From a virus: a stretch of 64,000 nt of DNA. Below the pieces are notes generated by a model. The model did not search any database. It saw nothing but the letters and a program-made list of their open reading frames with translations, and had not been told where the DNA came from. Position 1 is the first letter of the stretch. Each line of letters starts with the position of its first letter. The DNA lies in IMG/VR virus record IMGVR_UViG_3300022848_000777, positions 96,001 through 160,000 of that record; one strand, 5' to 3'. This document shows, piece after piece, positions 12,811 to 22,351 of this stretch. The position numbers and the translations under genes were made by a program.

Positions 12811-13610
12811 TTTGGCTATTTCAATTATTATTCGTACCTTTGTAGGGAATTTGGTGTTAATTTTCGAAAATCGGTAGGAATCCAATAATGACTAAAGATT
12901 AATTTGGCCATTTCAACTATTATTCGTATCTTTAGAGGGGGGCTTGATGCTAAATTTATTATAAAACAACCAATACAGGCGATCTATTGGGGTGGAGACT
13001 ACTTTGATGGCTTATAGAGACGAGGAAATTGTTTAGAAATCCAAAATGGCTATATATCACCCTCTGACTATGCTGCGACATCAATAAAATCTATTAGAAA
13101 TCCAATAGAGTGGTGTGATTATCAGTATATTACAGTAATCAGAATGGCATAAGAATCCAATAGTATCTCAGTGCGCCGTAGGAATCCAATAATGACTAAT
13201 TATTGATTTGGATATCTCAATTATTTTTCGTAACTTAGGATGGGATGGTCATGCGACTGAATTATTAATATGGCATGGGAATCCAATAATGACTAAAGAT
13301 TAATTTGGCCATTTCAATTATTTTTCGTAACTTAGGATGGGATGGTCATGCGACTTAATTTGTGATCTGCCGTAGGAATCCAATAATGGCTAAAGATTGA
13401 TAGGAATCCAATAGTGGTTATCTATTAATAGGAATCCAATAATGGCTAAAAATTGATTTGGCCATCTCGATTATTTTTCGTAACTTTGGATGGGACGGTC
13501 ACCTCACGTGTCCAGTTGGGAATCCAATAATGGCTAAAAATTGATTTGGTTAATTCAATTATTTTTCGTAACTTTGGATGGGACGGTCACTACCCGTATC
13601 CCGACCGATC
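12811..13610 (+). repeat. tandem array of promoter-containing repeats (GGAATCCAATAATGRCTAA...TTTGG...TTCGTAACTTWGGATGGGAYGGTCA)
   Basis: Units start at 12877, 13181, 13278, 13431 and 13519 (88-97 bp period), with 28-bp truncated units at 13375 and 13403 and a partial unit at 12811. Each full unit has -33 TTTG and -7 TAnnTTWG elements. Confidence 0.85.
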
Positions 13611-13792
13611 GATACATAACAAATTATAATATTATATAACATGAATATATCGATATCATCTATTCGCATTATAAATTAGGTAATTATTGATATTATCCGT
13701 ATATTGCAATGTAAGATTGAGAAATCGTTAAGAGAGAAAGTTAAGAGAGTGTTATTAAGTTTATAAACCACACTAACTAAATTGATTAAACT

Positions 13793-15893
13793 ATGAGAGT
13801 AACAATATCAATCGGAGATCGAATTTATGAGCAAGGAACTCATCGATCAGCACTCATATATGAAGTGATTAGTCCAACTCATAGTGTGCCAGTCTTTGAT
13901 CCTACAGTGGAGCAACGAAGATTATTAAGAATTGAAGTATTGAATTTAGAAACTAATCCAAAACGATAATGAACACTCCAAAACTTTCATTAAACCAACT
14001 CAAGTCTAATTACCTTTTGTTACGAGGTCAATACCTTTCCACTGCACCAATGAATGAAATCGAAATTGACACTCTATGGTCAACATGGGCAGAACTTCAA
14101 AAGTTAGGTTGGAATTGGGCTAAGATCGAAGATAGCCAACTAAGAGATTAATTAACAATTTGGTAACATACTAAATTAGGATATCATATCATCTATTATT
14201 ACCTTAGTGGTGTTGGGTTGAGAGAGTAATCCTTCCCAATTAAAAATCATCAGAATTATGGAAAAGCTAATGAGATCATCAAATGGAGATTACAACTATC
14301 ACTTTCGATGGTGTAACGAAGAAGGTTTCTACGTTGGATTTAATGATGTATGGGCACCTAATAAAAAAGTGGCTGTGAAATTAGCGAGGGCTATGGAAAC
14401 CAAAGCACATTGGGCAGCATGGGATGGGATGAAATACATTACAGTTCCAAATGAAATTGTGAATGGTGAGCATTGCTTCCGTATGAAAGGGATGTATGTA
14501 GTGACTAGCTCGATGAAGCGAGCAACACACAAACATTCAAAATTGATGACTCGAATAGGTAATATGTTAACTTATTAAAACAACTATGATAAGATATATA
14601 GTAAAGGACGTTGAAAAAAACAAGTATTACGCTGGGGATAGTTACGGCTGTGGTTGGTGTGATAGGCAGAGAATGGCTGACACATTTGAAACTAAAGAAC
14701 TTGCAATGATTTTTTTAGATGGAGAGCCTTACTCATGGTATGCAATTGAAGAAATTTACATAGTATGTCGTTAGTATTAAACTTAACAATTTGGTAACAT
14801 ACTAAATTAGGATATGATAACAGCTACCCGTACCTTAGTGGTGTTGGGTTGGGGAAGTAACCCCCTCATTTAAAAACTATCAGATATGAATTTTAAACCA
14901 CTATATCAATTTTGCGACAAGTACGATATTCCACTATCCGAAGCGACTTCTATTACCAACTTGACACTTATCGTAAATAACCGAGTGATGTCAAATCTAA
15001 GTGATATGCACGGTCTTATACCAACACACAGTAAGCTAAATGCAATGAAGGATTTTATTTCAGCATTTAACACAGCAATCAAAGTAGCAACGTGTACCAA
15101 CATATACCAACGTTCACATAATTAAAAATTCAAAAATATGACATTTAAAGACTTTTTAAAAAAGCATGATTTTACTCCAATGGATTTAGTAAATCCTGAG
15201 TTGATGGATATCATAGTAAACAGTTACGGTGCTGAGTGTAAAAATGAAGGCATGGTGGCGATATTAGATATTGTAGAGGAAAAGCAAACAGAAGTAGAGG
15301 CGGTATTAGATATTGTAGAGGGAAAGCAAAACGACCTAAAGGAAATCGAGGATACTGAGATATTCGATGATGATGCGGATTCAGCAATGTATAATCACTA
15401 CGTCAGTTAACAATTTGGTAACATACTAAATTAGGATATATCGAATATATTCATTATCTTTATTTTGTTGGGTTGAGAGAGTAATCCTTCCCATTTAAAA
15501 ACCCCCATTATGAAAGAAGTTATCAATAACATTGAAGTTGAGTTAAGTGGTTCGATAGTTTACATCAACAATCTCAATGGTGATTTGCTCAGAGCAATCG
15601 ATGTTAATCCCAATTCAGCGGTCACTGATTATAAGAACTTGGTAATTCGATTAAAGAAAGCTAACAAGCATTACATTTAACAATCTATTAACATTGGAAA
15701 TTAGGATATGATAGTAATTATGCGTATCTTAGTGGTGTTGAGTGAGTGACTAACCCTTTAAAGATATTAATTATGATAGACTATAATTTACTAAATGATG
15801 AAGATGATGATTTAACAATCAGTAAGTTTGAAGCGGCCACCGCAATTGGATTGGTGGTATTTTTTGTAGTAACGACAATATTAAATAACATAA
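13793..15893 (+). CDS. small early genes, most behind their own promoter (13969-14151, 14258-14578, 14586-14774, 14886-15125, 15138-15410 and shorter ORFs)
   Basis: Short ORFs interleaved with repeated promoter modules. Confidence 0.55.
14152..14245 (+). promoter_or_regulatory. promoter module: TTAACA box, TTAGG, TACCTTAG and a conserved 5' leader hairpin
   Basis: Near-identical modules at 14152, 14783, 15407, 28950 and 33343 with leader TGTTGGGTTG(G/A)G(G/A)...CC(T/C)..CCA. Confidence 0.75.
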
Positions 15894-15917
15894 CATAACC
15901 CAATTAAAAATTTAATT

Positions 15918-17243
15918 ATGAAATCACAAAGATTTGTTTATTTAAAAGCAGTACGTGAAAATGATATCATCTATTTGGTAGATGAGGTCGGTCACCAATA
16001 CAACGTTCCTATTATCAATGAATTTGGTAGTAAGGAATATAAACGTGCAGTAGCAGCTGTTAATTCTCCTGATCGGTTCTGTATTAAGGCCCGATGTAAA
16101 GGTACACTATCCAGCGGCGAATTGACATTTGGTAAATTTCCAGCAGCCAAGTATACTGAGTGTAATGTAGTTTCCAATTTTGATTTACCAGCAGGTGGAC
16201 TTGATCAATATTTGGTTGGTGAAAAGGTAGTTGAAACCGATGAAGTGGAAACACCAACAGAACCAATAGTAACTACAGCAGTAGGTGTTGGTGAAGATGT
16301 ATTAGGATTCATTCATAATGAAGCTAGCAAATTGAAACCCGAAATGCTTTTCATCGATGAACTGAAATGGAAATACCTGATAAGAAATATTATCAGAGGT
16401 AAGAACATTATGATGACTGGCCCCGCAGGTAGTGGTAAGACAATGGCAGCAAAGGCAGCGGCATCAGCAATCGAGGGGTATAACACTGAAATCTTTAACT
16501 TAGGTTCGACACAAGACCCACGAGCGACTCTAATTGGTAATACCCAATTTGAAGCTAAGACAGGAACCGTCTTTAACCAATCACCATTTGTTAAAGCAAT
16601 TCAACGACCTAATACAGTAATCGTATTGGATGAGTTGAGTAGAGCACATCCAGAAGCTCACAATATTCTGATGACAGTATTGGATCAAGAACAAAGATAC
16701 CTTCGATTGGATGAGGCACCTGATGCACCAATCATCAATGTAGCAGATGGTGTATCATTCATCGCATCAGCAAACATTGGTAATGAGTATACTGCCACTC
16801 GACAAATCGATGCAGCACTACGAGATCGTTTCACAGTAATCGAAATGGAAACGTTGACCGCAGCAGAGGAAACGGCACTACTCAAAATGATCTACCCTGA
16901 TGTTAGAGTTAAGACATTAGAATCGATTGGTGAGATAACCAGTATGACTAGAGCAGAGGTTAAAAAAGAATCAGCTAAGTTATCATCAGGTCTATCAACT
17001 AGAACAGCAGTAGAGATAGGTAGTCTAATCTCAGATGGGTTTACTTTAGAAGAAGCAGCAACCATCACAATATATCCAGAGTACGAAGATGTAGGTGGGG
17101 CAGAGATGAGTGAGCGAGTATACATTAAGCAATATGTTCAAAAGTTTATTGAGGCAGATGAAGAAGATCTATTCGCAATAGGTGAGGGGTATGCAGTTAA
17201 ATCACCATCAGTAGATGCGGGTAATCTTAATAATCCTTTTTAA
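15918..17243 (+). CDS. AAA+ ATPase, MoxR/CbbQ/CobS-like
   Basis: Walker A GPAGSGKT, Walker B IVLDELSRA, sensor ASAN, arginine finger ALRDRF. Confidence 0.88.
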   Translation: MKSQRFVYLKAVRENDIIYLVDEVGHQYNVPIINEFGSKEYKRAVAAVNSPDRFCIKARCKGTLSSGELTFGKFPAAKYTECNVVSNFDLPAGGLDQYLVGEKVVETDEVETPTEPIVTTAVGVGEDVLGFIHNEASKLKPEMLFIDELKWKYLIRNIIRGKNIMMTGPAGSGKTMAAKAAASAIEGYNTEIFNLGSTQDPRATLIGNTQFEAKTGTVFNQSPFVKAIQRPNTVIVLDELSRAHPEAHNILMTVLDQEQRYLRLDEAPDAPIINVADGVSFIASANIGNEYTATRQIDAALRDRFTVIEMETLTAAEETALLKMIYPDVRVKTLESIGEITSMTRAEVKKESAKLSSGLSTRTAVEIGSLISDGFTLEEAATITIYPEYEDVGGAEMSERVYIKQYVQKFIEADEEDLFAIGEGYAVKSPSVDAGNLNNPF

Positions 17244-17284
17244 TTATTATAATATTACAATTGGGTTGTGATAAATAACGTAGG

Positions 17285-17320
17285 TGCCACTCCCCCCAGT
17301 AAGTAAGGGGGGGGGCGGCA
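17285..17320 (+). terminator. GC-rich hairpin after the AAA+ gene
   Basis: tgccactcccccc-agtaagtaa-gggggggggcggca. There is no immediate U-tract, so the terminator role is uncertain. Confidence 0.45.
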
Positions 17321-17519
17321 TTAACGTGTAACCAAAGAAAAAAAGACGCGAACCAAATCGGGCATTATCGACCCCCGTTGTGAGGCTACTTTTTCTCCCT
17401 AGGTAAAACCCTTCTGTAAAGCTTGTGTATCACACAAGCAGTATTTAATTAACAAGCAGAAGCCTTAAAAATAGCCTAAACTAGCTTTTGTTTTTATATT
17501 TTGTTAGGCACAGTTTATT

Positions 17520-17663
17520 ATGGACTACGAAGAAAGAGCAGAACACGAAATTGAACTGATAGAACAAGACGAAACATTAAGTGAAAAGAAAAAGTCTCAA
17601 GCAATAGAAGATGTTATACAAGAACTCCGAGAAGAACTCGAAGACCATAAAAACGGTAGGTAA
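17520..17663 (+). CDS. 47-aa acidic cassette protein (not in ORF track)
   Basis: MDYEERAEHEIELIEQDE...KNGR*, lying between GTTAGGCACA and TGTGCCTAAC. Confidence 0.6.
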   Translation: MDYEERAEHEIELIEQDETLSEKKKSQAIEDVIQELREELEDHKNGR

Positions 17664-18799
17664 TAATTTTTATTGTGCCTAACATAAAATAACAGATATG
17701 AAAAATAGTAATTTAGCATTATACGGAATACAGTCAAATATGGTAGGAGCAGAAACCTACGCACAAGCTGGCGACTTTGAGTTGTCTACGAAAATACATA
17801 TCGTTGATGTCTTATTAGCCAACGGAAGTCATTTACATATAGAATGTAATACTGAGGCACAAGCTAGAAGTATCTTGTCGACTTTATACTACTACTCTGT
17901 TAACGGTAATGATAACAACGTTGTAGAATTTGACTTTGACTTTACATTAAACTACTTGCCGATTGAACTTGCACTCAAATAAACAAATAAACACAATAAA
18001 TTTTTAAGATATGGAAGAATTGCTATTAAAGAATCAATTAGTTATAATGGAAGCTATGGTTAAGAATAGATTCAATCAAGACAAAGATGGATTGATAAAA
18101 CAGATTAAAATAATAAAAGAATTCTTAATTAATATTGAACAAATTTGAATTATGGGTAAAATGACAAAAATGACAAAAATTGATGCGGCAATAAGAGATA
18201 CCACATTATATTTTAGGAGAGCAGAAGAGAGTATAATGTTGCTAATGAGAGAGAAGAAAGTTTTACAAGAAAGGCTTAGTGCTCTTGAAGAGATAAAAGA
18301 TAGCGACCAATATGAATAATTTTTTTGTAACTTTAACGGATTGAATAATAACAAAACTTAATTATGAAATTACACGAAATTATTGAAGTACACGACAAAC
18401 CTTATTTTAGAAAAATGAGAGTAGAGAGTGGATTTATGTACAATTTTTGGGATGTAGAAAAGGATGACTACCAACAAGAATGGACTTTTGTGCCATACTC
18501 AAGCGAACTGGTTAAAAATTTCGAACACCGCATAGATACAACGGTAGGACTTTGGGCAACCGATGGGCCTGATTTAATCACAACTAAAAATACGAGAGAA
18601 GAATCAATAAAATGGTGGGATAGTTTAGGTTCAAACCCATTACTAGGGTTAATTGAAAAAGGTGAATTAACTACTAAGTATTTTGGCCCTGATAGAATCC
18701 CTGAATTATTAACTGGAAGAGAAATTGAAAAAATGTACGTATCTGAAAATGAAGATGACGTATATGTGTAGTTTTTACCCGACTAAATAAAACCGAATT

Positions 18800-19108
18800 A
18801 TGGAAGAATTATTAAAAAAAATAGGGCAGTTGCAGTATGAAATCAGTATATTAGATATTGATGAAGAGACATTAACAGGTGTTGATATTAGAACAGAAGA
18901 ATTAAAAGAGATGATAATCCAAGGGCAAGCATTACCTATAGATAGTGTTAACGTTTCGTTTGAATACGAAATGTTTATAAATGATAAAGGAACACCATTT
19001 GAAATGAACACTTGGATACCAATATCCAACGATAGAATTAAGGATGTTAGCAGGATAGATGAATACATTGAAAACGGTTTATTAAGAAAAATAGTTAATA
19101 AACGCTAA
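18800..19108 (+). CDS. chimeric protein: N-terminal module fused in frame to a cassette
   Basis: GTT at 18947 is Val50 in frame, and the stop codon is the TAA of the closing TAAC. Confidence 0.65.
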   Translation: MEELLKKIGQLQYEISILDIDEETLTGVDIRTEELKEMIIQGQALPIDSVNVSFEYEMFINDKGTPFEMNTWIPISNDRIKDVSRIDEYIENGLLRKIVNKR

Positions 19109-19644
19109 CGATTGGGCTATGAATTTTAAAAAATACGGTTATGGAAACTAAATATTATATAGCGATTGGACTTTTATTAATATCGATGGTGCTAACTTTT
19201 TTTGTACCGCTTTGGTTTGAATTAAGAGAGCACAAAAAGTGGATGAAAAGGAACGATTTTTAATTTTTACCCGACTAAATAAATAACTAAACAAATGGTA
19301 GCAATAGAGTATTTTGATAGATATAGTAGCACAGCAAATGAGCCCGATATAATGGGTAGATGGGCAAGAACGGCCATCTATAAAAACATCAGAATAGCTT
19401 GGATAAGTAGAATAGAAAATAAAGATGAAATTATTTTTAGTGTTTCTTGCCATTTCCCAACAATGCAGAACGATACAGCAAACGAACATAAACTATGTTT
19501 TAGTTTGGATGAAGCAAAAGAGTTTGTACAAGATCGCTGGGAATGGTTCTTAAATGAGGTTTCTTAAACGTTAAGGCTATGTGTAGTGCCAAAATTTTAA
19601 AATAAAATTAGGTAGTTCAACATATTATTCGTATATTTACAAGA

Positions 19645-19985
19645 TGTATAGAAGTCGGCAGCGAATCGACTAATACATTACAGACATTCTTGTACGTCCA
19701 ATAGCCTTTGTGCTGTATCGCTCGGAATGTTTAATTGAAAGCCGCTAGAGAGGGTTCTTAGAAAGCGGCACGGGTTTGCGAAAGGAACGCCCACTAAGAA
19801 GGTTTATTACACAACCTATAGAGTTCTGAGCATCGGATTGTAATTAAACGAAGCACCTAATAACGAAGGCTCAATGAAGGTTAAGCATATCGTTTAAAGG
19901 TATCGCCCTACGTAGTTTCGCAACGAACTTCTTAGGGATTGCTATACCTTTAACTCAGGTCTAAATCAGGTATAGCATAGTATTT
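19645..19985 (+). ncRNA. unidentified structured RNA (about 340 nt) inside the cassette array
   Basis: Promoter TTAGG(19608)...TATATTTA(19632). ORF-free and GC-enriched. Hairpins gccgct/agcggc and gggtttgc-gaaa, long-range gctcggaa/ttctgagc, and a long 3' hairpin aaaggtat...ataccttt. Confidence 0.55.
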
Positions 19986-20125
19986 AAAGTGTACACTAAC
20001 TAGTTTTTCTTTAGATTGGGTGGTAATTGTAAAAAATTACAACAATAAACTTGTGTAGTATAATTTAATTGATTACATTGGTCAAAGATAAGGGGGAAAC
20101 TTAACCCAATAGTGAATTAAATTAA

Positions 20126-20193
20126 ATAAAACGGTTTGGCTATGATGTCGGTTTTTATTTTTCTTAAAAACTGCATTATAGGTGGTGTTATAC
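20126..20193 (+). other. attC-like site
   Basis: AAC-GGTTTGG-CTATGATG(T)CGGTTTTTA/TAAAAACTGCATTATAG-GTGGT-GTT, with one extrahelical T. Confidence 0.75.
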
Positions 20194-20302
20194 CCTGTTT
20201 TTGAGCGTTGGATAAAATAATTTACAGAAAAGTGTATTTTTATTTGGTGGTTAATACAGAATGCTGTATATTTGTAGTATAATAATTAAAACAAAAGAAA
20301 TT

Positions 20303-20658
20303 ATGACAACCCAAGAAATGAACAACAAGGTAATAGTAAGAGCAAAAGAACTTTTAACAATACCACAAGTGCAAAAAGAATACCAATCAAAAGAAAATGA
20401 AGCAGAAGCAAAAGATTGGATTTTACACCAAGCACTAATAACTCTTATGTATTCTCACGAAGAAAGAATGGAGATGCTAAAGAAAAAACAAGCAGCATAA
20501 TGAGCAAAGACCTAATAAAATGGAGTGAACTGAGCCGCAAATTAAGCGGTTCAGACAACTCTATACGACATAATAAAATACCTAAAAAGTATGAACGCAA
20601 AGTAAATCGTTTACTGTGGATTCTCGATTTGTGGGAGCGTTGGGCAAATAGGGTATAA
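20303..20658 (+). CDS. two-gene cassette with its own promoter (20303-20500, 20500-20658)
   Basis: Canonical TTTG(20243)-TATATTTG(20267) promoter inside the cassette; TAATG-coupled ORFs; the second ORF is basic and HTH-like. Confidence 0.6.
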
Positions 20659-20747
20659 CGTTTAGTATATGGTTTTGTAAGCCATAGCAGAAATTTACAA
20701 TTGAAAAAGAATATTAATTGGCTTATAAACTATATACAGTGTTATAG
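20653..20747 (+). other. attC-like site
   Basis: AAC-GTTTA-GTATATGGTTT(T)GTAAGCCA...TGGCTTATAAACTATATAC-AGT-GTT. Confidence 0.78.
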
Positions 20748-20777
20748 TGAGTTTTTAAGTCATAAAATAACACAATA

Positions 20778-20936
20778 ATGAAAACACATAAAGTAATTGA
20801 CGTAACAACAATAAATGAAAACTCCTTATTTTACGGAACGATAGGGGAGTGTTATGAATGGAAAGTTGAGCAAGGATTTGGGTACAAAGTATTGCCATTA
20901 TCAAAAGAGGAGAAATCTTTAGCTAATTCACTATAA
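20778..20936 (+). CDS. 52-aa cassette protein (not in ORF track)
   Basis: MKTHKVIDVTT...ANSL*, with the stop overlapping TAAC. Confidence 0.6.
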   Translation: MKTHKVIDVTTINENSLFYGTIGECYEWKVEQGFGYKVLPLSKEEKSLANSL

Positions 20937-21002
20937 CGTTTGGCTATGTGTGGAAACTATATCTTAATTATTGCTAATGCTAAGTATAAAACCAGTAACG
21001 AC

Positions 21003-21278
21003 ATGAAGGAAAAAATTGATGAATTAATGGATAGGTTTGATGAAGGGAATATGTGTATAGATGACTTACACGGTGAGTTATTGGATTTATACAATGTTAC
21101 CCCTCGTTTTTTTGTGGCTTTGGTGTACCAAAATGTAGGGGCTACAATGTTAAGAACCTTAGTTACAAAATGTGACAACAAAGATGAGGCGTTAGGCAAA
21201 GCCATAAAATACTTTGCAGAAGAAACAAAAGGTTATGGCTTAGTAATGAAAACAGTTACTTCTCCAAATGGGGGGTAA
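21003..21278 (+). CDS. chimeric protein (N-module plus cassette)
   Basis: GTT 21096 is in frame (LLDLYN-V-TPRF); the stop is the TAA of the closing TAAT. Confidence 0.65.
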   Translation: MKEKIDELMDRFDEGNMCIDDLHGELLDLYNVTPRFFVALVYQNVGATMLRTLVTKCDNKDEALGKAIKYFAEETKGYGLVMKTVTSPNGG

Positions 21279-21364
21279 TGGTTTGGCTATGAATTGAAGC
21301 CAAGTAAAAATGTTCAATTCAATTACAAATCTTCATAGGCTTTTATTTATAGTCTGTGTTATAA
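21273..21364 (+). other. attC-like site
   Basis: AAT-GGTTT-GGCTATGAATTGAAGCC...GGCTTTTATTTATAGTC-TGT-GTT. Confidence 0.75.
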
Positions 21365-21375
21365 AACGTTTTATT

Positions 21376-21597
21376 ATGATTGCAAAAATTAAAAAGGACT
21401 TAAAAAATAAAGGGTACAAGACACCTAAAGTAAAGTACAATAGATTGAATACTCATTCAATTTCTTATGAAGTTGCACTGAATGAAGCAGACAAATCAAG
21501 TGCTTGGGACGGACATTATTTTGTAGGAGAAGAGGGAACAGGAAATTCCAAAGAAGCAATGATTGAGGATTGGAACTCTTTTGTAAATGATTTATAA
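21376..21597 (+). CDS. cassette protein
   Basis: MIAKIKKDLK...VNDL*. The reading frame stays open back through the GTT core at 21358. Confidence 0.6.
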   Translation: MIAKIKKDLKNKGYKTPKVKYNRLNTHSISYEVALNEADKSSAWDGHYFVGEEGTGNSKEAMIEDWNSFVNDL

Positions 21598-21620
21598 CGT
21601 TTAGGCTAAAAACAGTAAAG

Positions 21621-21941
21621 ATGAAGAACGAAATAAAAAACTTGATATATAAACACTTTGAACCTAAAGATGTGGGAATGGGAATTATAAATTGTATACA
21701 CGAAGATAAAGACGTTGATAAATTAGCAGAAAGCTTAGTTGATTTATTTTCTATACCCGTTGTTAGTAATTGGGTTGCGATCGAAAGTGATGAAAAACCC
21801 AAAAGATTTACAGAAGTTATGGTTAAGTACACAAACGGAATAACGGCAATTGCCGTGTTTGATGGTGATGGGCGGTTTTATATCGAAAAAGATGACAGGG
21901 ATATAACAGATATAGTTTTTGAATGGCATAATCTACCATAA
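21621..21941 (+). CDS. chimeric protein with a DUF551-like C-terminal module
   Basis: GTT 21762 is in frame (LFSIPV-V-SNW); the C-terminal part WVAIESDEKP...VMVKY...WHNLP resembles DUF551. Confidence 0.55.
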   Translation: MKNEIKNLIYKHFEPKDVGMGIINCIHEDKDVDKLAESLVDLFSIPVVSNWVAIESDEKPKRFTEVMVKYTNGITAIAVFDGDGRFYIEKDDRDITDIVFEWHNLP

Positions 21942-22351
21942 TTACGGGTAATGGTTAAACTATGTTATAGGAATAATTTTACGGATTAAAAACTAAAACA
22001 ATGGAAAGACTAATGATGATAATAGCAACACTTTGGCAGGAATTAAAAAAAGATTGGAAACGTTGGTAGCGTATGGGTTTATCCGTATATTACCTCTATA
22101 ATGATTGATAACCACCTAACAATAAAAATATATGGATTTTAGAGTAGAATATAGACATAGAGGAATACTTGAATATGTACATTTATCTAGCTGTGAAAAT
22201 ATAATGGATGCACTGCATAAATTCTATGAAGCACATGGAATAAGCACAGAGATTAATAAAATAGAACGTTGGTAAAAATTTATTAACAGTGAAGGTTGGT
22301 TTATCCAACTTTTTTTTGTATATTACAACATAGAAAAAACACAATATCGAT

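Noticed and set aside
12877-13610. CRISPR array
   Set aside because: The repeat portion is about 70 bp, degenerate and contains promoter elements; the variable parts are short, uneven and partly related to each other; no cas genes are in the window.
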